From contig CAVXTM010000011.1 in NCBI GenBank assembly GCA_963764725.1, forward strand, positions 96,001 through 160,000: a DNA stretch of 64,000 bases, read 5' to 3'. Below, in pieces: positions 22,187 to 31,853 of the stretch. The translations under genes and the position numbers were made by a program. The notes under the pieces are model-generated. The model had not been told where the DNA came from. It made no database searches and saw only the letters and a program-made list of their open reading frames with translations. The stretch is from an uncultured Gammaproteobacteria bacterium (GTDB taxonomy: Bacteria > Pseudomonadota > Gammaproteobacteria > JACCXJ01). Within the stretch, counting starts at the first letter, position 1. Each line of letters opens with the position of its first letter.

Positions 22187-24019
22187 CTAGGGGACGTGTG
22201 CGGACGCCTGGGGATCGCCGATGGGGGCTGCGAGACCATCAGCGACGATTTCTCTGACGTTGTCTCCCGTGAGGCTTTCCAAAAACACCACCACATCGTT
22301 CTGTTCCATCGTTGAAAGCCCGAGGGGCTCGATCTCCCGATCCGGTGCGACATATCCGCCACCGTTGTAATAGGCGACCACATCGGCGAGTGTGGCGAAG
22401 GATCCGTCGTGCATGTAGGGCGCGGTGAGCGCAACGTTGCGCAGGCTGGGCGTCTTGTACCGCCAGCGGTCGGCGGGGTCTTGCGTTACCTCATAGCGGC
22501 CGAGATCGTTGGCGCGCGGCTCGCTCACTGCTTCTAAGAGATGCTTAGCCACATTGACGCCGGGTGCAATCGCGACCGCCGCCTCCACGGCGCGCGTGTG
22601 CATCGAGCGTTGCCAGCCAATGCCGGTATTGTGCAGTTCCTGATCGCTGAATAGTGCGTGATCACGTCCGAGCGCGTGGCAGGCACCACAGCGCGCTTTA
22701 CCGGTAAAGAGCTTGAAGCCGCGTTGGGCCTCGCGGCCGAGCGCCGTGTTGTCCCGTCCGTAGTACCAGCGGTCGAAGGGCGTGTTGCCGGAAATCAGCG
22801 TGCGCTCGTAGCTTGCGATCGCCTGCCCGATCGTTGCCATTCCCGCGGAGCGGCCAAAGGCGCGCTCGAAAAGACCTTGATAGTCCGGCAATCGACGCAC
22901 TTTATCGAGCACCCATCCCACCGACGGCGCTCCCATCTCGTTCCGCGCCAAGAGCGGTGACCAGACTTGGGTTTCCAAGGAACTCTCGCGCCCGTCATGG
23001 AAAAGATGTTCCTGATAAGCCACGTTGTACAGGCTCGGGGCATTGCGGCGTACCGAGCGGCCCTCGATACCTGCCGGCGCCGCGAGCGCGTTGTTCGTGA
23101 AACCCTGATCCGGAATGTGACACATGGCGCACGACATCGTGTTGTTCAACGACAGGCGGCGGTCGTAGAAGAGCATGCGGCCGAGCGCCACCTTTGCTTC
23201 GGTCAGCGGGTTGTCCGCGGGCACGGGCACTTGCGGGAGGCCGAGCGGCGGATCAAGCACCCGGCGCGTTAAATCGGCGCGGTGCTTCTTGGGTTTGTCC
23301 GCTTTGCCTGAACGCGGCCGCGCGAAGCGTAGGCCCTGCTCCAGCACCAGGGTCTTGAGATCGTTGACGAGGAGAGCGGGATCGAGCATCGAAGCGCCGT
23401 AAACATTTCGGATCATTCGATTTTCATCGATTAAAAACACCCGCAACAGGTGGGCGAGACCCCCGCCTGCTGCCCGCGAGGGTTCCGGTTGCAAATCTTG
23501 GCCGTACGCCCGCGAGATCGGCGCGAGCGCTGAGGGCGTACGGGTCGTCGCGAAGACCCAGTCGCTGTCCTGCGCAAAAGGCGCGCCGTAGCGCCGCATA
23601 ACTTCCGGGGAATCGTGCCCGGGGTCGAAGCTCAGGGTGATGAAACGCGCCCGAGAGGAGATCTCGGGCCCGTCGCGGTCGAGCCGCTTTCTAGCTATGC
23701 TCATCAGCGCCGTCGCCCACGGGCAGCCTTGAGCGTCCGCACAGCGGGTATAGACGAGGCTCAGAACGACAAGCTTGCCCTTATAGAGCTCGTGTAAGGT
23801 CGTGACCGCGCCCCCGCTGGTCACAACGGCGCCGTCTCTCGCCCGTTTCAGAGGCGGCAGTTCATAGCTGCCCGGTTCAGGGTAGCTCAGGGCCTGCGCC
23901 CGGGCGTCGAACCCCGCCACAAGCCATCCGATGAGAATCGTTACGACGAGGTTAGCGCGCAGATCGCTGCCAATCGTACGCCGCGACGCGCATGCTTTCG
24001 CTACCCGGTCTCTGCACAT
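22187..24019 (-). CDS. SCO1/SenC copper chaperone fused to a MauG-type di-haem cytochrome c peroxidase
   Basis: SCO part: YTRCADAQGCP...HLLRVFLID; peroxidase part: LGRMLFYDRRLS, CAMCH, CGACH, TPSLRNVALTAPYMHDG; start uncertain. Confidence 0.85.
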   Translation of the reverse strand: MCRDRVAKACASRRTIGSDLRANLVVTILIGWLVAGFDARAQALSYPEPGSYELPPLKRARDGAVVTSGGAVTTLHELYKGKLVVLSLVYTRCADAQGCPWATALMSIARKRLDRDGPEISSRARFITLSFDPGHDSPEVMRRYGAPFAQDSDWVFATTRTPSALAPISRAYGQDLQPEPSRAAGGGLAHLLRVFLIDENRMIRNVYGASMLDPALLVNDLKTLVLEQGLRFARPRSGKADKPKKHRADLTRRVLDPPLGLPQVPVPADNPLTEAKVALGRMLFYDRRLSLNNTMSCAMCHIPDQGFTNNALAAPAGIEGRSVRRNAPSLYNVAYQEHLFHDGRESSLETQVWSPLLARNEMGAPSVGWVLDKVRRLPDYQGLFERAFGRSAGMATIGQAIASYERTLISGNTPFDRWYYGRDNTALGREAQRGFKLFTGKARCGACHALGRDHALFSDQELHNTGIGWQRSMHTRAVEAAVAIAPGVNVAKHLLEAVSEPRANDLGRYEVTQDPADRWRYKTPSLRNVALTAPYMHDGSFATLADVVAYYNGGGYVAPDREIEPLGLSTMEQNDVVVFLESLTGDNVREIVADGLAAPIGDPQASAHVP

Positions 24020-25328
24020 ACAAGGCATAAGCGCCGAAGCGCATGATGTGCGGACGTCCCAATTTTTCTTTGGAAAAGTCGATTGCAAACCGTTCGTTGA
24101 GCTGCTTCCCGTCCCATTGGAAGGCCTTGAAAAACTGCTCGTTGTCCGCGCCTTTCTTGTCCCAGTTGGCCAACAAGGAGCTGGTGAAATAAAGCCGTTT
24201 TCCATCCCAGCTCTGCGACACCATGTTGAGTTGCGCCCCGATCTTCTTCTCGTAGAGTTGTTTCGGATGGAAGGGATCGCGCACATCGTAAAGCCGCACC
24301 ATGCCGTCCGAGAAACTATCGGCCCACAGAAGATCGTCTTCGGAACTGAGCGAAATATCCACCGGCAACGGAGTCTTGCTCGGGTCTCCGATGTCGCTTA
24401 CCGCCTGAGCATGCCACTCGCCTTGGACGTCTTCGTGGATCAACCAGATCTTCGAGGTCAAGGCGGTGGAGGTAAAACAATAATTATGGTTCGGCTGCCA
24501 GGCACAACGGATCTCGAGCGGCGCCCCCGGGACATCGAGGATTTTTCTCGGCTTGCGGGCGTGCAGATTCCAGATCACGACCGTATTTCCGAAGCGCTTC
24601 ATCGCCTCTTTATCCTGCAGCAGCTTGCCGAAATCCATCATCTAATTGGACCAGCCAGTGAACGAGGAGGTCACCAACACATTGCGTCTCGGGAGCGCGC
24701 GCACGTCGTACCCATAGCCATCGGCGTAGGTCCCCGCCTTCCTTGCGCCCTGGAGGTTGTCGTCGGTCGGCATCCAATAAGTCGCCAGGTAATTGCCCTC
24801 ATTGGTGTATTCGACGAGCGCCGTGCGGCCCCCGTGGTCGCGATGGTTCGACAGCGCCGTGATCAGCATCCGGCCCGGCATGGCATAAAAGGTGTGCGGC
24901 CCGACGGCGCCCCCGCTCTTGGCCACGAAGTCCTCGATAGTTTTGACCAGCCGCGGTTTCGAGGGATCGGTACGCACGTCGAAGATGAAGATCCGGCTGG
25001 TGTCGAGACCTCCCGCCCAGAAGTGAGCACGGTCATCGGTGAATCCCCCGTGGTGGGCTTCGTTGCGTCCGCCGACCGATACAGTATGAACCACCGAACC
25101 GTGCTTGGCCGATTTGGGGTTCACGTCGATGGTTACGAGCTTGTCCTGCTCGTCTCCCACACCTTCTTGTCCCAAGGTCCAGACGTAGGCGAAATCCTCC
25201 TGGCCCACGATCTTGGCCATGTAAGGCGACATGCAGGTCTCATCCGCCCGTGCCACGCCGTGCCCGAAGGAGCCCAGCACCATGACCGATACCGCAAGCA
25301 TGAAATTAATCAGGGTAAGCCTTTTCAT
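23952..25328 (-). CDS. mtoX: methanethiol oxidase (SBP56 family) with an in-frame TAG at 24642-24644
   Basis: Signal peptide then ADETCMSPYM, GRNEAHH, GPHT, SSFTGWSN[TAG]MMDFG, NMVSQSWDGKRLYFTSSLLANWD; the two ORFs are contiguous in one frame; adjacent to SCO/MauG as in described mto clusters. Confidence 0.9.
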
Positions 25329-25412
25329 TTTAGTTTCCTTCTCTACGACGGTTTCCCCGGTGCAGTCCTGCCGATAAAAACGGCGTTGGGACCACCCCTC
25401 GCTCCCGCGGAA

Positions 25413-25994
25413 CTACGCCGCTTGGCCGATGGCCATCGCTTCCTTGACTTCATTGAGCCCGCCGGTCTTGACGTCATAAATGAAGCCATAGATCGGTATG
25501 TCCCGAGGTACCAGGGGATGGTTTCGGATGCGCCGCACATCCTCCGCGACACTTTGCTCCTGATTCTTGATGGTCAACCAGTCGATGTAGTCGCCTTCCG
25601 AAGCACCCGGTCCCGGGCCAACATCGCGAAAACCGCCGGCATCGAGCGCGGCGGTCTTCAGACTGCTTTTCAGCAGACCGCGCATCACCTCGTCGGTGAA
25701 AAATTCCATCCCGCAATTGGTATGATGGATAACGAACCATTCCCGCGTGCCTAAGAGTTTGTAGGAAATGACCAGGGAACGGATCGCGTCATCGCTTGCC
25801 CGTCCGCCGGCATTGCGAATGACGTGCGCGTCGCCTTCGGTGAGCCCGGCATATTTCGAGGGCTGCAGGCGGGCGTCCATGCAGGTCAAGATTGCAAAAT
25901 GCCGCGCCGGCGGCATCGCTAATTTGCCCTTGTCTCCAAAGCTCGCCGCATAGCGGGCATTCGCGGCCAGCACTTCTTGTAAGATCTGACTCAT
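25413..25994 (-). CDS. clade D beta-carbonic anhydrase (COS hydrolase-like)
   Basis: [28 protein letters not shown] and GFIYDVKTG. Confidence 0.88.
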   Translation of the reverse strand: MSQILQEVLAANARYAASFGDKGKLAMPPARHFAILTCMDARLQPSKYAGLTEGDAHVIRNAGGRASDDAIRSLVISYKLLGTREWFVIHHTNCGMEFFTDEVMRGLLKSSLKTAALDAGGFRDVGPGPGASEGDYIDWLTIKNQEQSVAEDVRRIRNHPLVPRDIPIYGFIYDVKTGGLNEVKEAMAIGQAA

Positions 25995-26039
25995 AGCTCA
26001 CTGCCTCCAATCGTCGTGGCGCTGCCATGAACGGTGAGC

Positions 26040-26084
26040 GCCGGTTGTTATTGTGATGCCGGTTGTTATGTTGCGGCGGTTGAT
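26040..26084. repeat. short direct repeats GCCGGTTGTTAT x2 plus a degenerate third copy
   Basis: Copies at 26040, 26058 and 26075, in the region between the divergent CA and GT4 genes. Confidence 0.6.
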
Positions 26085-26290
26085 CCTGCCACTCAGCTAT
26101 TATAGCCGGTGTTCAGTGCACGTTGCGCGCTTCGCTATTCCCGGCGCTTGGCTCAATTAACGCGTATCATTAGAATCACAACTAGAAAAAACGCTCTCCT
26201 AGAGCCTATGCTTCGATCTGGACGGCTCGCGCCACGGCGCACGCCGCGATAAGAAAATGTGCGGACTAGAAGAACAACAAGGAATCAACG

Positions 26291-28396
26291 ATGAATATCC
26301 TGATGATGACCAATACCTATGCACCGCATGTGGGGGGCGTTGCGCGCAGCGTGGAAAGCTTTGCCGGCGCGTTCCGGGCCAACGGCCACCAAGTGCTCGT
26401 GGCGGCGCCGCTCTTCAAGGGCACCCCCGAGAACGAACGCGGCGTGGTCCGTTTTCCGGCCGTCAAGGACTTCAATGGCAGCGCCTTCTCGGTACCGATG
26501 CCGGCGCCCTTGCGGCTTGTCGCGGCGTTAAAGCAATTTCGTCCCGAGATCATCCACTCCCATCATCCGTTCCTGTTGGGAGGAACGGCCCTGCGCGTCG
26601 CCGCGGCGCGCCGTCTGCCGGTGGTATTCACCTACCATACGATGTACGAGAAATATACCCACTACGCGCCGGGGGATTCGCAAACGATGAGACATTTCGT
26701 CGTGGACCTCGTCAGCGGTTATTGCAACCTGTGCGATGCGGTCATCGCGCCGAGCCAAACGGTGGCCGAGCTGCTGCGCGAGCGCGGCGTCGAAACCCCG
26801 ATTCGGGTGATCCCGACAGGCATCAACCTGGCGCTCTTCGCGGGTGGCGATGGGCAGGCGTTTCGCAAAAAATATGGGATCCCGGCGCGGGCGTTCCTGC
26901 TCGGGCACGCCGGGCGCTTGGCCGCGGAAAAGAACCTGGGTTTTCTGACAGAGGCCGGCATTCGATTCCTAGAGGGAAACCCGAACGCTTACTGTCTCAT
27001 CGTCGGTAGCGGACCGGCGAGCGACGACTTGCAAGCCCGCTTCAACGGCGCCGGGTTCGCGGACCGGCTGATTCTCACGGGGGCGCTTGATCAGCGAGAT
27101 CTCAGCGACGCTTACCAGGCGATGGATGTCTTCGCCTTCGCGTCCCACACGGAAACGCAAGGGATGGTGCTGGCTGAGGCCATGTGCGCCGGTGTGCCTG
27201 TCGTGGCTCTCGACGCATCGGGCGTGCGCGAGATGCTTCGCGATGAAGACAACGGACGGCTGTTAAAACGGGAAGACCCCGAGTGCTTCGTGGCCGCCCT
27301 CGCGTGGGTCGCCGCCCTAGGCGCCGAGGCGCGCCAACGGTTGCGGGAAGGCGCACAACGGACGGCCTCCGCCTTCGATATGAGCGGAACCGCGGCGCGG
27401 GCGCTTGATCTCTACGCCTCGTTGCGCGCCGCCGCGCCCACGCAAAGAATGCGCGATCATACCCTTTGGGACATCGCGTTTCGCCGCCTACGAGGTGAAT
27501 GGCGGATTCTGCGCAACGTGGTTCAAGCCGCGGGCGACTCGCTGCGGCCGAGCGTCGTTTGGGAAGTGGGGCCGAGAGGCACCGAAGACCCGCGCGCCTG
27601 GCCTAGCCAGAACGCGCTCGCCGGGCTGGAAAATCATCCCGACACGGGCGCCGAGCCGTCGGCGACAGGGGCGGATTTCAAGACGCGGTTGCTGGGATGG
27701 CTGTGGGCGTGGCTACTGCGTCTACAATCCGTAACTTGGAGGAAACGCTATGACGGCCTCGATCGCCTCGACGAGATCTTGGATCAGCATCAGCGGGTTT
27801 TGTTTTGCTTCTGGCACGGCAAATACCTCCCTCTTTTCGCACTCTTGCGCGGACGCCCGGCCTGTGTGTTCACAAGCAAATCCGACCGGGGAGCCATCAT
27901 CGCCGAGATCTGCCACCACTTCGGTTACGAGTGCGTACAGGTCCCGATCCGCGGGCGCAGCCATGCGTTCGAGATCATGCGCCGCGCCTTGGAGCGGCGC
28001 CCGAACGGCGGCATCGCCGTCGATGGCCCTCTCGGTCCCTATCACAAGGTCAAACGTGGCGCCGTCAAGCTGGCCGGCGAGCTCGGTTACGTGGTGGTCC
28101 CCGCGTCCGCGACGGCGCGCCGCAAACGCATCATCAAGCATCGTTGGGACCGCATGGAGATCCCTGCGCTCTTCACGCGCATCGGGCTCGCGATCGGCGA
28201 ACCGAAGAAAATACCGTGCAACACGTCTCCCGAGCAAAGCCAGGCATGGGTGGCCTGGTTGCGGGAGGAGTTGGAGACGCTGGATCGCCGTGCCGAGGAG
28301 CTGGCCGGAGTCCCGAGGCAAAAAACCCCGCATGCACGCAGAGCACGGATCGAAGCTTCTCCCGGAGCAGGAAGGCTAACTGATAAAGGCGCGTAA
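26291..28396 (+). CDS. GT4 glycosyltransferase fused to a DUF374 (LpxJ-like) acyltransferase
   Basis: N-terminal PHVGGVARS...GRLAAEKN...SHTETQGMVLAEAM; C-terminal FWHG...SKSDRGAII...AVDGPLGP...WDRMEIP. Confidence 0.85.
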   Translation: MNILMMTNTYAPHVGGVARSVESFAGAFRANGHQVLVAAPLFKGTPENERGVVRFPAVKDFNGSAFSVPMPAPLRLVAALKQFRPEIIHSHHPFLLGGTALRVAAARRLPVVFTYHTMYEKYTHYAPGDSQTMRHFVVDLVSGYCNLCDAVIAPSQTVAELLRERGVETPIRVIPTGINLALFAGGDGQAFRKKYGIPARAFLLGHAGRLAAEKNLGFLTEAGIRFLEGNPNAYCLIVGSGPASDDLQARFNGAGFADRLILTGALDQRDLSDAYQAMDVFAFASHTETQGMVLAEAMCAGVPVVALDASGVREMLRDEDNGRLLKREDPECFVAALAWVAALGAEARQRLREGAQRTASAFDMSGTAARALDLYASLRAAAPTQRMRDHTLWDIAFRRLRGEWRILRNVVQAAGDSLRPSVVWEVGPRGTEDPRAWPSQNALAGLENHPDTGAEPSATGADFKTRLLGWLWAWLLRLQSVTWRKRYDGLDRLDEILDQHQRVLFCFWHGKYLPLFALLRGRPACVFTSKSDRGAIIAEICHHFGYECVQVPIRGRSHAFEIMRRALERRPNGGIAVDGPLGPYHKVKRGAVKLAGELGYVVVPASATARRKRIIKHRWDRMEIPALFTRIGLAIGEPKKIPCNTSPEQSQAWVAWLREELETLDRRAEELAGVPRQKTPHARRARIEASPGAGRLTDKGA

Positions 28397-28453
28397 CCGG
28401 AGTCCCTCGGCAGCGGCCTATGTACCCATTCACCCTAGCTCCCGCGGGTTAGT

Positions 28454-29815
28454 TTGCAACCTCACGCTCCAGGCCTGAGCGCGCCAAAGATCGCCACCGG
28501 GATGATGGTGATTTACGGCCTGCCTTACATGGCCTACGCGATCGCGGCCCTGCCGCTGGCGCTGTTTATACCTTCGTATTACGCCGATGACCTAGCGCTA
28601 CCGTTCGCGGCGGTGGGGATCGCGATTGCCGCCTCGCGCATCCTCGATGTCATCATCGATCCCTTCATAGGCATAGTGAGCGATAGCTGGAACACGCGCT
28701 GGGGACGGCGAAAACCCTGGATCGCCGCCGGCGCGCCCCTGTTCATCCTTTCGCTCTGGATGATCTTCACGCCGGCGCCGGGCGTGACCTTTGAATACCT
28801 TTTTGGGTGGACGTGCTTGTTCTTTATCTCGTTCACGCTCGTGGATCTTCCTTACAAAGCGTGGGGGGCGGAGCTGTCCACGGACTACTCGGAACGCTCG
28901 CGCGTGACTGCCTGGCGGGAATCCTTCGGGTTCGCCGGCCAATTGGTGTTCGTCTTGATGTTCATGCTCCTGGAATCTCTCGGCCAGCGTGAACCGGCGA
29001 CGCAGTTGACGGCCATTGCCCTGACCGTGATCCTGACGCTGCCGCCGCTACTCATCGTTGCGTTCAAGACGGTCCCCGAGCGTCCCCCGGATACGCTCGC
29101 CGGCGAGTGGCCGCGGGGTTCCGCGGGTTTCATGCTCGTAGCGCGAAATCCCGCATTCGTGCGCATGGTGATCTCCGTTGTTCTGTTCGTCTCCGGGCTC
29201 ATCATTCAAGCGACACTGCATAAGATCGTCCTGGTCCACGTCACCGAAACCCCAGATCTCTTCGCTACCATGCTGCTGCTCGAAAACATCGCCACCATCG
29301 CGCTGGTGCCTCTTTGGATCCGGATCTCCGATCGCATCGGCAAACACCGCGCCTTGTGTCTGGCGGCGCTTTGGGTCGGAATATGGAGCCTGCTCCTGCC
29401 TCTCCACGGGCAGGGCGAAGGCTGGCCGCTCATCGTGGTGCTCGCGATCCGCGGCAGCAGCTTCGCGTCCATCCTGTTCCTCGCGAACTCCATCGCCGCC
29501 GATGTCGTCGATCATGACACCGTGACCTCGGGCCGGCAGCGTACCGGCCTCTACTTCGCCATCTGGGCGATGACCTATAAGTTCGCCATCGCCCTCGGGG
29601 TTCTATTCGCGACTGTGCTCCCGGCATACTTCGGTTTCGAGCCCGCCGATGTGAGCACGCACACCCCCGGCTCCGAATTCGCGCTCATGGCGGTCTACGG
29701 CTGGTTGCCGGGCGTGCTGATGGCGCTCGGGGCACTATTTCTTTGGAATTTTCCGATCGATGAAACGCGGCAACGAGAGCTACGCGCTCTCATCACGCAA
29801 CGCGCGCTCGACTAA
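28454..29815 (+). CDS. MFS transporter, GPH/MelB (MFS_2) family
   Basis: About 12 TM; RILDVIIDPFIG.VSD, WGRRKPW, GAELSTDYSERS and ADVVD. Confidence 0.88.
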   Translation: MQPHAPGLSAPKIATGMMVIYGLPYMAYAIAALPLALFIPSYYADDLALPFAAVGIAIAASRILDVIIDPFIGIVSDSWNTRWGRRKPWIAAGAPLFILSLWMIFTPAPGVTFEYLFGWTCLFFISFTLVDLPYKAWGAELSTDYSERSRVTAWRESFGFAGQLVFVLMFMLLESLGQREPATQLTAIALTVILTLPPLLIVAFKTVPERPPDTLAGEWPRGSAGFMLVARNPAFVRMVISVVLFVSGLIIQATLHKIVLVHVTETPDLFATMLLLENIATIALVPLWIRISDRIGKHRALCLAALWVGIWSLLLPLHGQGEGWPLIVVLAIRGSSFASILFLANSIAADVVDHDTVTSGRQRTGLYFAIWAMTYKFAIALGVLFATVLPAYFGFEPADVSTHTPGSEFALMAVYGWLPGVLMALGALFLWNFPIDETRQRELRALITQRALD

Positions 29816-29956
29816 GGAAGCTCAGTGTCGCGAGCAAGCCCAGATGCGCGAAGCCGCGGAGCGAGTCGCGAGACATATCAGGTAGATAGGCGAGCGGCGA
29901 GCGAGCACGCGCCAAAGCAGATGGGCTGCGCAGTAACTTTTGCAGAGCTTCCCTAA
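29813..29956. mobile_element. MITE-like non-coding element with terminal inverted repeats
   Basis: TAAGGAAGCTC ... GAGCTTCCCTAA flank a ~120-nt self-complementary interior; the left end includes the MFS stop codon. Confidence 0.55.
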
Positions 29957-29965
29957 GACCTTTGG

Positions 29966-29994
29966 TTGACCGGTGCAAGACCCGTCAGTACCAT
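29966..29994 (+). promoter_or_regulatory. sigma70 promoter of tRNA-Asn
   Basis: TTGACC-17 bp-TACCAT followed by a GC-rich discriminator. Confidence 0.65.
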
Positions 29995-30003
29995 AGCGCC
30001 GAT

Positions 30004-30079
30004 TCCCCGGTAGCTCAGTCGGTAGAGCGGGTGACTGTTAATCACTAGGTCGGCGGTTCGAGCCCGTCCCGGGGAGCCA
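30004..30079 (+). tRNA. tRNA-Asn(GTT)
   Basis: 76 nt; acceptor stem TCCCCGG/CCGGGGA, D-arm TAGCTCAGTCGGTAGAGC, anticodon GTT at 30037-39, GTTCGAG T-loop, encoded CCA. Confidence 0.98.
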
Positions 30080-30254
30080 CGAAAACCCCGCATTAAATCC
30101 CCGCTGTAGCGCTCCATCCTTTGTGACTTTTTTCACTGATTTATGCCTAGGATTCGGTATACTAGCCCAGCGCTGCCATTCGTCATGTCTCGTCAGTGCA
30201 GTTTGCAGCCCCTCGAAACGCTTCCGTACAAGTTCGATTTTATCTTGAACCCTC

Positions 30255-30409
30255 CTATCCTGCATCTTCGATGCGGATGGGATGTCGCGTTCGGACCGTA
30301 CGGAAAGCAACCTGCAGTTCGTCGATCTGTTCGACCGACAAACGGCTCCCTTTGCGGCGGCGAGATTCGCGGTTGCACCGGGGATATAAGCACGACGGTA
30401 TTCGGTCAC
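30255..30409 (-). pseudogene. 5' remnant of a REP-associated tyrosine transposase (RAYT)
   Basis: MTEYRRAYIPGAT, then in another frame RRKGSRLSVEQIDELQVAFRTVRTRHPIRIE; truncated before the HUH motif; degenerate REP (ATAGGATGCGGTGGACCGAAGGGAACC) upstream at about 30444-30475. Confidence 0.75.
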
Positions 30410-30738
30410 TGCGACACGTTAAACGAAGTTCCATTCCATGGCCGAGGTGGTTCCCTTCGGTCCACCGCATCCTATGCGGACTGACGATGCACACAGGAAC
30501 GCTAAGCCGATCCAAATTTTAGTTCGCGACCTCATTAAATCCTCCTTACCCGCTACCCAGACATCCGTATCCTCGTCCTCTCAACCTCGTCATCATAACC
30601 ACAGTTGAAATAATATTTTTTGCGACTTTTTCACGAGAAAATTGTGATTTTGTCGATTGTCGTTCCTGCAAAATCGTACATACTGAATTTGATTAGCGTG
30701 GCATTCGCGTTGTGGAAACGTAACGGAGGAACGGGCTT

Positions 30739-31365
30739 ATGAAACGCTTGATTACGGTTGTACTGGTCACCTTTCTGGCCGCGGGTTGCGCCACCCAGAG
30801 TCAACAGGCGCGTACTGAGGGCACTGCCGCGGGAGCGGGCATTGGCGCGCTCATCGGCGCGGGTCTCGGCGCCGCGTTTGACGGCGCGCGGGGCGCGGCA
30901 ATAGGAGCGGGGGTCGGGGCCCTCCTCGGCAGCATTGCCGGCTATTCGTATGCCGATAACATTGCTAAACGCCGATCCGACCTCGCGGGAAAAGAAAACG
31001 ATCTCGACGCGCGCGTCGCCTTTGCCCATGGTGTCAATGGGGACACTCAAAAATTCAATGAGCAGCTCGCGAGCGAAATCAACGACTCGGCAGCCAAGGT
31101 CAATACGTTGGCGGCTCAATACAAGAACCAAGAGGTTACGCAACAGCAACTGGTAGCGGAGCGCCAGAATATGAGCAACAAAGTCCAAAATGCTGAAAAC
31201 CAGTTTAACCTCGCCAAGGAACAGCTAGACGATCTCAAGGGGTTTCGCTCGAAGCAGACAGGTCCCTCGGATGCCTTGGATATCGAAATCACGCAGCTGG
31301 AAGGCCAACTGGCCCAGTTGAAGACGAATACCTCGACGCTAGCGTCCTTGAGCCAGCGCATATAG
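30739..31365 (+). CDS. glycine-zipper lipoprotein with long C-terminal coiled coil
   Basis: Lipobox LAAGC; GAGIGALIGAGLG...GAAIGAGVGALLG; heptad-rich tail. Confidence 0.8.
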   Translation: MKRLITVVLVTFLAAGCATQSQQARTEGTAAGAGIGALIGAGLGAAFDGARGAAIGAGVGALLGSIAGYSYADNIAKRRSDLAGKENDLDARVAFAHGVNGDTQKFNEQLASEINDSAAKVNTLAAQYKNQEVTQQQLVAERQNMSNKVQNAENQFNLAKEQLDDLKGFRSKQTGPSDALDIEITQLEGQLAQLKTNTSTLASLSQRI

Positions 31366-31397
31366 ATAGCCACTAGCCGCAGTCACAGTCTGGAGGA

Positions 31398-31853
31398 ATG
31401 TATAGTATGTGGGCGCGATTATGCTTATCTGTCGTCGTTCTCGGGTCGATGGGCGGGTGTGAACAAAGCGCCCTAGTGCAACTTAGCCGCGAGACGGAGG
31501 AGGCGGAGCAGCGCGTCCTGGTTAAACAGCAGCATCTCTCGGGCTTGGAAGAGCAGAACCGGGCGCTTGTGGAGGAGAAAAATCGGCTGTTGCGGGAGCT
31601 TGAAACTCAGCAGGTGAGCTTACGCGACCTCGGCTCCCGCCTCGCGGCTTTGCGGAAGGAAAATGCCGGTATGGCTGCTCACACCGAGCGGGAGCGTCAG
31701 AACCGGGCCCATACGGACGCGGCGCTACGAAAATATCAACAACAAGTGAGCACGCTGACCACCCACGATCAGTTATCCCCTGACGCTAAACGCAAAAGCA
31801 TCGACGCGTTGAAGAACGAAATTAAGACTTATTTAGAACTGGGCCTGCGTTAA
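31398..31853 (+). CDS. coiled-coil lipoprotein
   Basis: GGAGG RBS; signal ending MGGC; E/Q/R/L-rich heptads. Confidence 0.7.
   Translation: MYSMWARLCLSVVVLGSMGGCEQSALVQLSRETEEAEQRVLVKQQHLSGLEEQNRALVEEKNRLLRELETQQVSLRDLGSRLAALRKENAGMAAHTERERQNRAHTDAALRKYQQQVSTLTTHDQLSPDAKRKSIDALKNEIKTYLELGLR

Noticed and set aside
24642-24644. Genome-wide amber recoding (pyrrolysine or alternative code)
   Set aside because: TAG ends many genes here at their expected C-termini (amtB, second PII, Prx6); no pyl genes seen.
23931-25754. 607-aa plus-strand ORF, and similar long ORFs at 52019-53185, 60330-61787, 43795-45000 and 58462-59622
   Set aside because: Antisense shadows of well-supported genes, expected with high-GC codon bias; no recognisable motifs.
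25413-25994. CS2 hydrolase
   Set aside because: The position of the CS2-hydrolase FF motif reads LL (SYKLLGT).
27886-27896. CCGGGGAGCCA matching the tRNA-Asn 3' end as a possible att site
   Set aside because: Only 11 bp, upstream of the tRNA, inside an intact CDS, and no integrase present.
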